Positions 1 through 12,772 of a stretch of 64,000 nucleotides of DNA are shown here, one piece after another. Source of the DNA: Tubulanus polymorphus (Eukaryota > Animalia > Nemertea). A program made the translations under genes and the position numbers. The stretch covers positions 14,949,653 through 15,013,652 of the forward strand of contig NC_134028.1 in assembly GCF_964204645.1 (NCBI RefSeq). The letters are read 5' to 3'. The notes below the pieces were generated by a model. The model was not told where the DNA came from, did no database searches, and saw only the letters and a program-made list of their open reading frames with translations. How positions within the stretch are numbered: the stretch's first letter is position 1; every line of letters starts with the position of its first letter.

Positions 1-619
1 ATATGAACTGCGAATAAATTCAAAATATCACGGAAATACCTTGTGTTTATATTGTTTATTTATCCGCTATAAAGTTTCGATAAACAATTGGTCGTTAAGA
101 ATCATTATCAGACGGTCGCCACGCTACTATATAAAAGAACAAGGGATGAAACGCAGTTCAAGTCGTGCCAGCCAGAAAGTTGGGACAGTCACGTGACTTA
201 ACGCTTCTTATTTGACTGAATGCAAACCCGAAGCATCTAAGACGGAAACTATGATACGAAAAATGTTTGAGAATAACTTACATTCAAATGCATTTTTTGA
301 CTATGAATTATATATTTCATCATAATTTATTCTGTATAAGTTATTTATTTCATATGAATCATAATCTGACAATTGATATCGGTCTGTGAATATGTTAACT
401 TTTCGTGTTGAAGTTTTAAATGCGATGACGTCATCAGAATGTCACGTGACTGTCCCAACTTTCTGGCTGAAAATTTAAGTACAGCGGAGGCCTGGCGTTT
501 CATCCCTTGTTCTTTTATATAGTAGTGTGGCGAACGTCTGATAATGATTCTTAACGATAAATAAACAATATAAACACAAGGTATTTCCGTGATATTTTGA
601 ATTTATGCGCAGTTCATAT
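1..619. repeat. Fold-back (long inverted repeat) element, arms about 1-197 and 441-619; may extend beyond the window start
   Basis: 1-62 (atatgaactgcgaataaattcaaaatatcacggaaataccttgtg...) is the near-exact reverse complement of about 557-619; cagccagaaagttgggacagtcacgtgac (169-197) mirrors gtcacgtgactgtcccaactttctggctg (441-469). Confidence 0.85.
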
Positions 620-1128
620 TTAGCGCCATTCTCGCAAGATTATCAACAACCCGGGAAATAAAATCCAAGCCCATCGCCAAACCCCTGTGTCTCGCGGGGG
701 ACAAGCAACTCCTGCAGCTGTGCTTGTCCCGCCGCCACCCAACTTGGGCCTCACATGGCCCGGATCCTCGGGTGTCCCCTATCTCTTCGTGCCTCTTCAC
801 CGTTGGTGGGTACGTCCGGGTCCGCTCGCCCTCCTCTTGGAGGAGAGTAATAGAGCTGGAACCCTGCTGGCCAAAAAAATGTCGGTAGCGTGGCTCCGGC
901 CTCTCCTCAGCTGACCGGATTCCTCGTGCCCTTGAAGTTAGACTAGTTTACCCTGACTCTCTTCCTCACTCCAAACGTCCACGACAACTCAAACGGCATT
1001 CTTAATTTAGAAATAGTAAATGTATGTACATTTATTGCAGACGAATTAATTCTGGCATTGCACCTCGCGATAATTTCTAAATATATACATTATTATTAGG
1101 TGATCACGGTCGTTCTTACTATTTACAC

Positions 1129-2253
1129 CGGTGTTGTCATATCGCGGAAAGACGGAATCGCGGAATTTTCCAAAAACGCGGAATTTCTTCATTTTTACTA
1201 CAAATAGTAAACGGGTTTTCCCACGAGGATACCCACTGTCGGACAGGGCACCGGACCCAGGATTTCAACACCGGGAATTAGTATTTGATAATTTATTATA
1301 TCGCCAGTCAACAACTTAACGATACTGTTCCAAATAATGGAGAACCTAGGCAATACGTGCTTTGCGAATTCAGTGATACAGAGTATCGCTGCATTAACTG
1401 AAGGAATACAAATCGATGGTACGTAAACGTAGGATTTGTGATGACACCATGGGTTATTCTCAAGGACTCACTTCCGAGTTAAGATTTGACTCTGGTCTCT
1501 GGATTTAAAACATTGGAAATGAATTGATTCTAAGTAACTCAGAGTTAACTCACAACTGTGGAACTGGATCGATGTCAGACGAAAATAAATAGACATTATG
1601 TATATTTCATTCTGGCTTAGGATTGTTGATGCGTGTTGTGTGTCTACATTGTTGTTAAAAGCGAAGAATGTGGTTTATCTTTTAGAATTAAATGATATGA
1701 AAGATTATAAAATGGTTTCGTTTTTTTAAATGTTTACTTTGTGACTGCTATAACATATATGTTCCTATGCTGATTATTTGGATCAAAAGAATCTTATTGG
1801 TACCGGTACTGGACAGCCGTAAAATTATAATAATTTCAAAGGAATTTGAACCGGTACTTGTTTGGTCGTAGGATTTCATGTTTCTTCGATAAATATTTCA
1901 TTCCTTTCTGAAGTTCTCAAAAAGTCGATGAACTTCGATAACCGAAGTTTGCCTAGTAGAAATAGACATTAGGTGCCTGGTCTCTTTCACCTCACTTGAT
2001 TCTGACTTCTTCTACAGGTGGCAGCCAGTCAACGGTATCGTAATATAATAATTCCATATAAAATTGCCTGCAAATAATGGGATTCGAACCTAAGTCGTTG
2101 CATCGATCGGTCCGGTGCCCTGTCCGACAGTGGATATCCCCGTGGGAAAACCCGTTTACTATTTAAAGTAAAAATGAAGAAATTCCGCGTTTTTGGAAAA
2201 TTCCGCGATTCCGTCTTTCTGCGATTCCGTCTTTCTGCGATATGACAACACCG
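1129..2253. mobile_element. Non-autonomous DNA transposon, about 130-bp TIRs, 9-bp TSD (Mutator/MULE-like)
   Basis: TIR CGGTGTTGTCATATCGC...GGCACCGGACC at 1129-1257 is mirrored at about 2109-2253; TATTTACAC flanks both ends (1120-1128, 2254-2262). Confidence 0.8.
1337..1418 (+). pseudogene. Exon-like fragment encoding a ubiquitin-specific protease (peptidase C19) Cys-box
   Basis: Translates MENLGNTCFANSVIQSIAALTEGIQID, matching the USP consensus NLGNTC(F/Y)xNSxxQ, followed by a GTACGT donor-like site. Confidence 0.6.
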
Positions 2254-3400
2254 TATTTACACTAGGCTCCCGGAAAACGAATCTGCGGGTTCCGGGGACA
2301 ACTATGTCCGCCGGGGACAACGTCGACCGCGGCCGGCCGGAAGAGAATAACAATGAACCCGGGGACAATGTCTGGGCGGCAATAACCTATTTACATGCTC
2401 TATCACAAGGCGAGCTGACACGGTCCGGGTGTCCAAAGGTGGACACGTGGACAACGGTTCTTACATTTTTCACTCAAAACTGGAAAGCGTAACTGATCGT
2501 CTTTTGTTCTACTCTGGCGGCGCTTGAAGTAGCCCGGACAGTCCGAATGAACGGTTTGTTGTTCAATCTTGCGCGCTGCTCGCCTTTTATAGAGCGGGAT
2601 TGTCCCCTCCGTGCTCCCATTGGCTGGAACAAAGCTCGGACACGCGTGATTGGTCACGCGTGCCACGTGACTTCGAGGTTGGCTGAGTTCCAGCGACAAT
2701 GAGGGCGGAGCCGGGCAACCGCGCCGGCTACAAAAAGGTCGCGGCGGACGCAAGAAAGAAACAACACAACAACTAATGATAAAACGGTAAATAAATGCTA
2801 TACATCACAAAGAAATAGGCTATGTTCTAGGAAAGAAAATAGAGTAAGAAGGGTTCGAACCCCGCACTCCGAAAGGTATACAAAATAATCACAAATACAA
2901 TTCAACCAGAAGGGTTAAAATGAGTAGATGCGGGCCCGGAATACCAGACGCGAAACATCGACCAATTTACACGGACATTTAATAACGATGCTACGCGGTC
3001 TCGACGAATTAATACACATAACAAAAGACATTAAACAGGATACATATATATACACAATAAATACGCAGCGGTGAAATCCAGGAGAAAGGTGATTTAAAAA
3101 ACGCACCAAAATTTTGGCGAGACCGGAAATTTTACTACAGGGGTAACGAAAACACTCAAAATATTGTCAGTGACAAGCGGTCATCCTTATTACCGAGATG
3201 TTGTATTTTACCGAGATCAACCGAGATGAAATGAAATATAACATATTTATTTATTCCTTATCGATTTTAACAATTGAAATCATATTATATCAGTAACAAA
3301 TGCCTGCTGGAGTAATATTTGACACATTTTGTCGGATATTTTTGTAGAAAAATAACCCAACTTTACCGAGATGAGATCGTCGATCAATCAAATTCATCGC

Positions 3401-3466
3401 GAAACTCATAAAAATGAAAAATAAATTCTCACACGCTCGAATTTATTTTTCATTTTTATGAGTTTC
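3401..3466. repeat. Left terminal hairpin, perfect 28-bp stem and 10-nt loop
   Basis: gaaactcataaaaatgaaaaataaattc-tcacacgctc-gaatttatttttcatttttatgagtttc. Confidence 0.95.
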
Positions 3467-3797
3467 ACTCCTAATTCAAGTAGAAATTGTAATTATTTTC
3501 ATGTTTTTCATTTTTTACTCACCCGCCCGTTCAACCTTTAACCTGAAAGCCTATTACCCCTATTACTCTTAAAATAATCATATACATGAATAACATTTAA
3601 ATTGATAGATTATTCAATATAAAAGTGTGAGCTCTTATAGAATAGATATATAGATATATTTACAACATTATTTCAATATTTATATTTGTATAAGTTAGAT
3701 TTTTAAACATTAAAAGTGTTAGTAAAGTGTGATTGAAATAATACATGATATAAATCATTGAACTTCTAAAATCAAAAAAAAAAAATTTAGTATTAAA

Positions 3798-4718
3798 ATG
3801 GAAGCAAATAAGTACTACTGTCCAACATGTAATATCAATATAGATAAATCCCAAAAAGCAAGACACAGTAAAACTAAAACACATTTAGAGAATGAATTGA
3901 AACTAGAATATAAAGATGATATATTAGAAACTAAATTAGATGAATTAAAGAATGAAAAAGAAACATACAAATGTGATACATGTAATCAATCATTCAGTGA
4001 TAAAAGATATTATAAACAACATTTAAAATCTAAAAGTCATATTAGAAATAAGAATAATGATATTTTAGGTGAAGATTATTTTGATAAAGATAATGATAAG
4101 AAACAGAAGACAATTAAAAGCATAAAAAATAAATTAAACAATAAAAGACCATACATGGAAGATGTAAGAAATTATATTAATTCATTAGATAATAAGAAAG
4201 ATATGGAGATAACCGAAGCATTCAAAAGTGATATTGGCCCAGCAGCTATCGAGTTTAAATTTCATGAAGGAAAAACATTAGAAGAAAATAAAAAACATTT
4301 AGAAAATATGAAAGAAATAATAAAAATAATAACTGATGTTGAATACCCTAAAATTAGTATATCTTCTAAAGTAAAGTTTATAAAATCTGAAGATAAACCA
4401 ATATATAATATAAATTCTCATTCACAACATATAATATATAAACAACATATAGATGATAAATTAGATAAATGTTATAATGAAGTAAAAACTAAAATAGAAG
4501 AGAAATATTTTGAAGGATCTGGTTTAATATTTGATGAAATAATATTTATGACTTTACATGTTTATAACACAAAATATAATAAGTTAACTAAATCAAAACC
4601 AATTGATGAAAATAATGTATCATATTATAAAGAACCAGATATTGAAGCATCGAGTTATATTAAACTTCCATTTAAAACTAATGCTGTTATAAATGTATGT
4701 TATAATCATAAAATATAA
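3798..4718 (+). pseudogene. Truncated N-terminus of pPolB polyprotein (two C2H2 zinc fingers and a terminal-protein-like region)
   Basis: CPTC...H...H and CDTC...H...H fingers and an EGSG motif; near-identical to the N-terminus of the polymerase at 59932; homology stops at 4697. Confidence 0.8.
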
Positions 4719-4900
4719 CTTTTTTTATGATTATTTTTATTTCCATTTAATTTTTTCAATTTCTTGCTCAATTTCATATTTTCATTCATCAAATCCTTAC
4801 TAATATTCTCATGGTATAAATTAAGCGCAGCTAATATTAATCCTCCTGCTACAAGATAATGTTTCAAATCACTTTTCCCAGTTGGGATGAAACCATCCAT
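4706..4900 (-). CDS. Small ORF of the hairpin element (hydrophobic segment, basic tail), function unknown
   Basis: 64 aa, TAAATG start context, hydrophobic LVAGGLILAALNL; the 3' end may be cut by the inverted-repeat junction. Confidence 0.45.
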   Translation of the reverse strand: MDGFIPTGKSDLKHYLVAGGLILAALNLYHENISKDLMNENMKLSKKLKKLNGNKNNHKKSYIL

Positions 4901-4957
4901 TTATTTAAGAAAGAAATTAAACAGTTTATGAAATATTAAATCATTATATGTTTCAAT

Positions 4958-7231
4958 TCAAATAACAATTAAACTTACTACTAATTCTTTATGCCGCTGA
5001 GAATTATATTTTTGCTTGTGCGTAATCAATTTTATCACCTGATATTCTGTTATATTATTCTTGATCATTTCTTTATCGAAAAATTCATTTGATATGTAAA
5101 TATTTTCATCATTATGAATTAAAAATAGATGGCGTAATTTATTTCTAAAATATCTAGGACTAATGAAATCAATATTATATTCAGAACTATCTTTCAATAG
5201 TTCTAAACGCTCGCATTGCTTAATTTTCATATTGTTAAATTTCATTTTTCTTAAATAATCAGATTCTTTACGTACATCACATACATTTATAAAATCATTA
5301 GAATTTATCTTTAAATATTCAGTATATTTTTTCATCAATTCAAAATCCATTTTATCAATTATTTCAAAATGATTGTGTGTTATTTTCTTTACTTGGAAAA
5401 TAGGTTTTTAATTTTGATAAAATAAAGTGTCTTTCAGGGCTATGAACGCCTATTTTTAACTTTTCGATGATTTTTTCAATCGAAGACAATTCAAAATAAT
5501 TATTATTTAATACGTCTAATTGTAATGTTTTTATCAATAATTCTCTTAAATCAGTAGTAGTTTCATAAATGCCTTGATCTGTTAAAATATAACTGAAATA
5601 AAGATCTGTTATACATTTACATTGAGTTGAAAAACCTCTTATTTCAAAAATTGTATTATTGTCAATTCCAGATATTTTAGGAGTATAATCATTTAATTTT
5701 ACTTCAGGAATTATTTCAAGTTTTTTAAATTCTGTCTCAAATAATTCATTATCAATATGTAATTGTTGCTTTAATTCATTACAAATTTTATTTCTATTTT
5801 CATCTATATCTTCTTGTTATTGTTTAAGTTCTTTCATTTCTTCTAACTTTTTAAATTCACTTTTAGATAATAATTTTAAATCAAAATCTTCTTCAATATC
5901 AAGTGCATCTAATTTATAAAAAGGCTTAGATTTTATATCGTATCTCTTTTTTAAAGTTGTAAAACTAATTCCTGTTTCACGTAATTTAAATCTAAATTTA
6001 AATTTATTCAATACTGTAAACATTGAATTAGTTGAAGATATAACAGTTGCTCCTTCAGTTTTAATATATTTTTTTGCTTCAATAATGAATTCTCATTTAT
6101 CATCATTTTGATTAATTGTTAGGTATAAACATGCGATATTCTTAATTGTAAACATTGATAAAATAAGTAAAAAGGAGGACTCTTCAATATTTTTACTTAT
6201 CCTAGATTTATATCCTGTAAATTTCCTTGCTAATAAATCACCATAATAACAGAAATAAAAGCATTTTTCAATCAAATCATAAATACATACAGTCTGTTGA
6301 ACCTCATCAAATAATGATTTAAGTTGTAAATATGTAGGTGAATAGTAAATATTTTCTTTTTTTAAGTATTGTTTTATTTTTTCTATCACTTTTAATCCTC
6401 TTTTAAATGAAATACTTGTTATTTCAATTCTTATCAATCCTGTTTCAATTGATTTTTCAAATGATTCTTTTAACCTCTCATGATAGCAATTTATGTAACT
6501 CATTAAATTTGAACCGAAATTTATATTTACACCAGGAGATTTGAATTGACATGCTGTTTTATTATAGATCTTTATGTTATCATCCTTATGTAATGCTGAA
6601 ACACAACTATTGGAAAATTCTTTTAGAACTTTATATTTTCTATTTTCGAACATTGATTTTATTTCATCTGAATTAAAGGATCCTTTAAAATCTTGTGTCA
6701 CATCTACATCTAATATATTGTAATTTTTTTCATTTAATAATTTTTCAATATTATCCATTTTCTGTATTAATTCATTTAAATTTTGATTGCATAATGAAAT
6801 TTTAAATACAGCAATATAATCTGTTAATTTTAATTCTTGATTAATTCTACTTAATATATATGATTTTGAATTATCATCATGAATTGTTAAAACACGTGTA
6901 ATTTTTATAGCTAAGTTATCCAATATAATATCTCCTTGATTATACATTCTTTAATTTCATAATGTGTTATCTTTCTCTGATTAACGTTTAGAAAATTTGT
7001 TCTATTTTCTTTAATAATTTCTTTTTCTAACATGATTTTATATAGCATTATATTATCGCAAAATATATCTGATGTTTCAATTAATTCATTATTTTCAGAT
7101 TTATAATACTTATTTATATTTACTCCTGAAATATCTGCTAAATTATTGTTAACAGTTAAATAATATAATATTGAATTTATATATTTATTACTCATGTCTT
7201 TCGCGGGAACTTCAATTAATCTTGAGCACAT
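4958..7231 (-). pseudogene. Long disrupted ORF with Rep_trans-like (rolling-circle initiator/nickase) motifs
   Basis: ORF pieces 7231-6911, 6947-6093, 6023-5817 and 5350-4958 join via frameshifts and in-frame stops (QNDDK*EFIIEAKK..., ELKQ*QEDIDEN...); core motifs DVDVTQDF, KIYNK, GLIRIEIT. Family assignment is by motif spacing only. Confidence 0.5.
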
Positions 7232-7301
7232 TTATATATCAAATTTTTATTAAAATAGGTTACAATTCAAAAAGAGTTAGAGTTCGCTGAAACCTTACGC
7301 T

Positions 7302-8507
7302 TTAAAATATTTTTTTACCCTTATTGGAATCATAATCTTTTGATAGATATAAAGGTTCTAATGTATAATGTTTTATGTTGTTACCTTTTGTATTTGGTAA
7401 TTTGATTAAATCAAATACATTTATTCTTAGATTATTATCTCTTTCTATTTTTGGGATGTTTTTAATTATAACAGGATACTTATCTATCTTATAATTATTT
7501 TCAAATTGTTTATAATTTGTTAATCTATAAGTATGTTTATTATAATCTTCAACTGGGTGTAAACAACTTATTATAGCCCATAGAAAACATTTATCATCTT
7601 CATTTTGTACATTTATAACAGCATTAGTTTTAAATGGTAGTTTAATATAACTCGATGCTTCAATATCTGGTTCTTTATAATATGATACATTATTGTCATC
7701 AATTGGTTTTGATTTAGTTAACTTATTATATTTTGTGTTATAAACATGTAAAGTCATAAATATTATTTCATCAAATATTAAACCAGATCCTTCAAAATAT
7801 TTCTCTTCTATTTTAGTTTTTACTTCATTATAACATTTATCTAATTTATCATCTATATGTTGTTTATATATAATATGTTGTGAATGAGAATTTATATTAT
7901 ATATTGGTTTATCTTCAGATTTTATAAACTTTACTTTAGAAGATATACTAATTTTAGGGTATTCAACATCAGTTATTATTTTTATTATTTCTTTCATATT
8001 TTCTAAATGTTTTTTATTTTCTTCTAATGTTTTTCCTTTATGAAATTTAAACTCGATAGCTGCTGGGCCAATATCACTTTTAAATGCTTCGGTTATCTCT
8101 ATATCTTTTTTATTATCTAATGAATTAATATAATTTCTTACATCTTCCATGTATGGTCTTTTATTGTTTAATTTATTTTTTATGCTTTTAATTGTCTTCT
8201 GTTTCTTATCATTATCTTTATCAAAATAATCTTCACCTAAAATATCATTATTCTTATTTCTAATATGACTTTTAGATTTTAAATGTTCTTTATAATATCT
8301 TTTATCACTGAATGATTGATTACATGTATCACATTTGTATGTTTCTTTTTCATTCTTTAATTCATCTAATTTGGTTTCTAATATATCATCTTGATATTCT
8401 AGTTTCAATTTATTCTCTAAATGTGTTTTAGTTTTATTGTGTCTTGCTTTTTGGGATTTATCTATATTGATATTACATGTTGGACAGTAGTACTTATTTG
8501 CTTCCAT
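7302..8507 (-). pseudogene. Truncated pPolB polyprotein N-terminus (zinc fingers, TP-like region, start of vOTU-like domain)
   Basis: Same protein as at 3798 and 59932, extending to NVQNEDDKCFLWAIISCLHP; diverges after SKDYDSN. Confidence 0.82.
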
Positions 8508-8836
8508 TTTAATACTAAATTTTTTTTTAAAATTGATTTTAGAAGTGATTTATATCATGTATTATTTCAATCACACTTTACTAACACTTTTAATGTTTAA
8601 AAATCTAACTTTTACAAATATAAATATTGAAATAATGTTGTAAATATATCTATATATCTATTCTATAAGAGCTCACACTTTTATATTGAATAATCCATCA
8701 ATTTAAATGTTATTCATGTATATGATTATTTTAAGAGTAATAGGGGTAATAGGCTTTCAGGTTAAAGGTTGAACGGGCGGGTGAGTAAAAAATGAAAAAC
8801 ATGAAAATAATTACAATTTCTACTTGAATTAGGAGT

Positions 8837-8902
8837 GAAACTCATAAAAATGAAAAATAAATTCGAGCATGTGAGAATTTATTTTTCATTTTTATGAGTT
8901 TC
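8837..8902. repeat. Right terminal hairpin, 28-bp stem and 10-nt loop
   Basis: gaaactcataaaaatgaaaaataaattc-gagcatgtga-gaatttatttttcatttttatgagtttc. Confidence 0.95.
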
Positions 8903-8906
8903 GCGA

Positions 8907-9307
8907 GGTTCATTGGAATTTGAAAGTGCTTTTTGAAAGAAGCACCACGAGTCTGGTCCATATGGGCATCTCGTATGATGGGGATCTTCGTCCGTGCTTG
9001 CACAATGAAGCAGACTTGTCCATATTGCTGTTCGCATCGCATCCGGGTCGCCAATGTTGTTGATTATAGCGCCACGATAATAATTTTGTAGTTTCTTACA
9101 TTTTACGGCCGTAAGGCGCCCGAAGCCATGTCCGCCTAATTTTTTATTTTTTGCTGAATCAAGAAGGGCTTTGCCCATTCGCTTGTGGGCATGATTAACA
9201 CACTCTTCTTTCTGAACTAAATTTTGATCGCCATAAATATTCTGACTGCATATGTCGTTGTATGCTTTCGAATCGCCATCACTAAGCATTGTAACATATC
9301 TCGACAT
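8907..9307 (-). pseudogene. DDE transposase fragment (Kolobok/Mutator-like family), cut by the hairpin element
   Basis: Motifs LSDGDSKAY, KEECVNHAHKRMG, GRLT, LQNYY, HCASTDEDPHHTRCP..SWC. Confidence 0.8.
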
Positions 9308-11857
9308 CGATGACTAATCCAGTTAGTAAGTCAATTATGCAAGGAAGTCCATATTTTGAAGTATGACCGCGAGTAAGCCAGCTACCATCAAATGAAACAT
9401 CGATATTATATACACTGTCATCTCCCAATGAAGGATCCCAATGAAGAATATATTTATCAAAAAATGATTTACTTATGTTTTACAAATCAATTATAAGCTA
9501 CAATTGAAATGCCCAAACTCTTATGAACATCTTTGGACTTGGGCCGCCACAAAATTTCTAATTGCTGTATTTGATTAATTACAAGCAATCAAATTCTCAA
9601 TCCACAAATCCATTAACTTATCTATTGAAGTTTATTCAGATAAGAAGGTTGCAGTTTAAATTACTCCCTTCAGCCAGTGGTAGGCCTAAGCTTTAAGGGA
9701 TTTGCCTACAATTCTATATTTCGCATAATGATTCTTTCAACATGGGTTCGGCTTATTTAACTTCATCATAGTTCTTGGAGTCACCTTCAAAAGATAAAAG
9801 TTTAAATTAATCGATCCTTCATCGAGTACTTTTGGATCTTCTTCAGCTATGAAGATCCCAGGCCTAACGCAACTTGGTCTAAATTTGAAATTCAAGAATT
9901 CTTACTCGATCACTAATATTTTCTTACCAATCAACTGAATGCATGAATCCTGATTAAATAGAGGAAGCTGGGGTAAATATGATCAGTTTGATACCTATCA
10001 TGATGTCTTTTTGGGTTTGAAATACTTTCCGGGCGCCGGCAACCATTTTGATCCAAAGAATCAATTGTTGCTATAGTGGTTACCATGGCAACCAATTTAT
10101 ATGTGTTGCGATGTCTGCGACGGATATATTTATCCCTGTTAAGTTGTAACACAAATGATTAAACATTTATCCTCCGCTTTTAGCTGATAAATATCAATGA
10201 AAGATCAATGAGACCTAGGCAATGAGCCAATTAATAAAGCTAATTACCCTTAATTGGCTTAATTAATGATTAGTTTAAGTTTTATAATCAATAGGGAAAC
10301 TGTTATTCTGATTTTGCCCAAAGTTTGATTGAAATCGGATGACAATTCCCAAAGATATACAAGTTTCTTTTCTACTTTCAATTGTTTCTTAACTAAAAAA
10401 ATTGATCATTTGGTCACCATTTGACCTTATGACCTTAAGTTCATTTCCTAATGAAGACTTTATGGCTGAGAAGTGCGATTTTCAGCCGACAAATTCCTTC
10501 ATAACTTTTGAACGGCTCAACCGATTTTAGTTCTGTAAATTGCTATGATCTTATATTAAACCCTTCTTTCATTTAGGCCTTTTAAATTGTTTCTATAGTG
10601 TTTGGAAAATTTTCACTCAAATCCCTACTGTTACTCATTCATTTCTGAAATTTGGGCTTATATTATAAGCCCAAATTTCAGAAATTAATCAAACCTCATG
10701 ATTTTCTAATCTTATATTATAAGATCAAATGAATTTTAATTTTTGCGAGAAAACTACTTGAAAAATTTCTTATAAATTAGGTCTCGGTACCACTGTTTGC
10801 TAAAAAGATTATTCTTTCGATTTAGATAAAGTGTCATTTTTTAATGGTTTAAAAACTCTTTGTGAAACCATGATGTAACCAATGACATTTCTATGGTGGA
10901 AACTGAGAGGGGTTTTTGCAATATTGAAGAATTTGGACCTGGTAGTTAATTTAGAAATTAGCTCCATTTGGAAATAAAAGGAAGACGAGAAGATTACAAC
11001 GCATTTCTTAATTACCTTCAAAGAGAAAAAAATCGAATACGCGTTGAACGCACGAATCGGAAAATTGTTTTCTGCTAGAAAAAAATTGAATTCGCAGGAA
11101 ATGAGAATGTCAGTACTAAAATTGATTTCTTTTGCGAAAAATATACATTTCTTTCTAATCCGCCGGGTACGGTTCAAAATAAGCAATGCACGCGGCCAGC
11201 AGTACCGAATTCCTTATTTTGTGAAGAAGGGGCGGATACTAATGTTTTTGCCGACCGCGATGTTGCTGCTGCTCGAGAGCGAGACTACGCCGTGCCGATC
11301 CGCCGCCGCGCTGGCCGAGAAATTTTACGACTCTAACGCGAACCTCACCGCAATTTTTTGGGTCATTACTTTTGATTAAAAAAGCGTATTTCAGTGCTGC
11401 AGCTGGGAATGACTGCTGCGCGAGCGAGAGCGTAATTCTCCGGGATTCGAACATGTGTGCCGAACCGCGTGGCACCGGGCCGCGGCCGCGTTTTGTTATT
11501 ATGAATTCGCTCCTGTTGCTAAGGGAATTTCAGCGTTTCAATTCGATCGATCGACGCGGTTCATTGTTAAACTATTCATCGACCCAATCTTGTTCGAAAT
11601 TTCATGAAATAAATACATTCTGAAATAACCCGATCCATAAGTTACCGTATTTTAGTTAGTGGAATGCGGGATTTTAGCGTGACGTAATTCTACTTCCGAT
11701 TTCCCCCATGAGATTCAAACCGGATGTCAAGTGACGTCATTTTTTTCTGACTTTGTCAGCTAGTCAGAATCGGTTAAGAAGACACTTCGTAGTATCCACA
11801 TATACATGTTTACCTAAGGGACGTCCTCCGGGCGCCTGTGGCATCCATCTATTAGGG

Positions 11858-12556
11858 CTAGTCTGAATACCAGTCGTTGTTACGGTTCCCTACGTCTGAC
11901 GCTGAAGTATCATATAGAGGTTAACTCCTGTTAATTGCAATGCAACAACTGTAGTTATGTGGGAATATTTGTGGATTAGCACATTGTTGTGTGGCACAGT
12001 GAGTGTTAGTCTAGTACCTAGCCGTTGTTCCTGAAACAACGTCTAGGGCGAAAGTGCTCATATAAGGTTAATTTTCGTCCCTCATTTTGAGGGACGAGGC
12101 TTTGAGCGTGGTGCATGATGGGAGTGTAAATTACGGATTCGAACTTAAACTTGGACTGACATTGATGCCAATGCAGATATTATTCTTGTTTCAAATTTTC
12201 AAGGTTAAAATTGACCAAGATTTATGCGTTTTATCAACAAAAAATAACATATAGAGTAATTTTAGGGAGACGTATTGAATTTCTACATTTTATTTATTTA
12301 GTCCGTATTGGAAATCCCGATAGTGGCAATCAATTCAAATCAAATCAATAAATTCTCCGATTCGTGATTTAAATCATCAAAAATTTTATTATAAAACACG
12401 TTTTCAAAGTCAACAAGGTAACTAACTAATTTATTTTAGTACAAAGGTTTGATTTGACACTAAAATCAGTTGTTGCATTGCAATTAATAACCTCTATATG
12501 ATACTTTAGCGTCAGACGTTGTACGGAACCGTAACAACGACTGGTATTCAGACTGA
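11858..12556. mobile_element. TIR element family CTAGTCTGAATACCAG; other pieces at about 16698-17150 (inverted) and 19500-19880
   Basis: 11858-11951 is mirrored at 12467-12554 and 19770-19880; the internal segment about 12050-12460 recurs inverted at 16698-17150. Confidence 0.7.
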
Positions 12557-12772
12557 GTGTGAGCATCCGCACAGTATACCTGTTTGTTTTTAGTCTACCA
12601 GATATTTTTGTAAGGTTTGTGAATAAAACGGCCATATTTGTTTACATCTTGAGAGTCAAGGTCACAGCCTCGTTTTCGAATTATTCACGTGCTCCTTTCG
12701 TAAGCTGACGAATTTTCCTCACAAAAAATTGCAACTTTCAAACGATCAAAATACTCAATCAAGGTAAGATAC

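Larger units (their letters stand above)
3397..8906. mobile_element. Hairpin-ended pPolB (Polinton/adintovirus-like) element derivative with about 1.3-kb inverted repeats
   Basis: 3397-4697 is a near-identical inverted copy of 7608-8906; both ends carry the same hairpin; abrupt very AT-rich composition; compact intronless ORFs; no TSD seen. Confidence 0.85.

Noticed and set aside
2060-2880. tRNA-like B-box strings (GGTTCGAATCCC on minus near 2080; GGTTCGAACCCC near 2852)
   Set aside because: No cloverleaf or A-box could be built.
3380-8925. 6-bp Polinton-type TSD around the hairpin element
   Set aside because: Flanks (..caaattca / ggttcatt..) show no direct repeat.
9931-12635. Minus-strand spliced gene MAVLFTNLTK... 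joined to 10136-9931
   Set aside because: Splice phases are compatible, but the peptide has no recognisable homology and the first part lies among transposon remnants.
12640-12770. SIRT7 coding exon 1 ending at the AAG/GTAAGA donor (12763)
   Set aside because: The phase-0 frame has an upstream TAA and no ATG; exon 1 was not identified and may lie outside the window.
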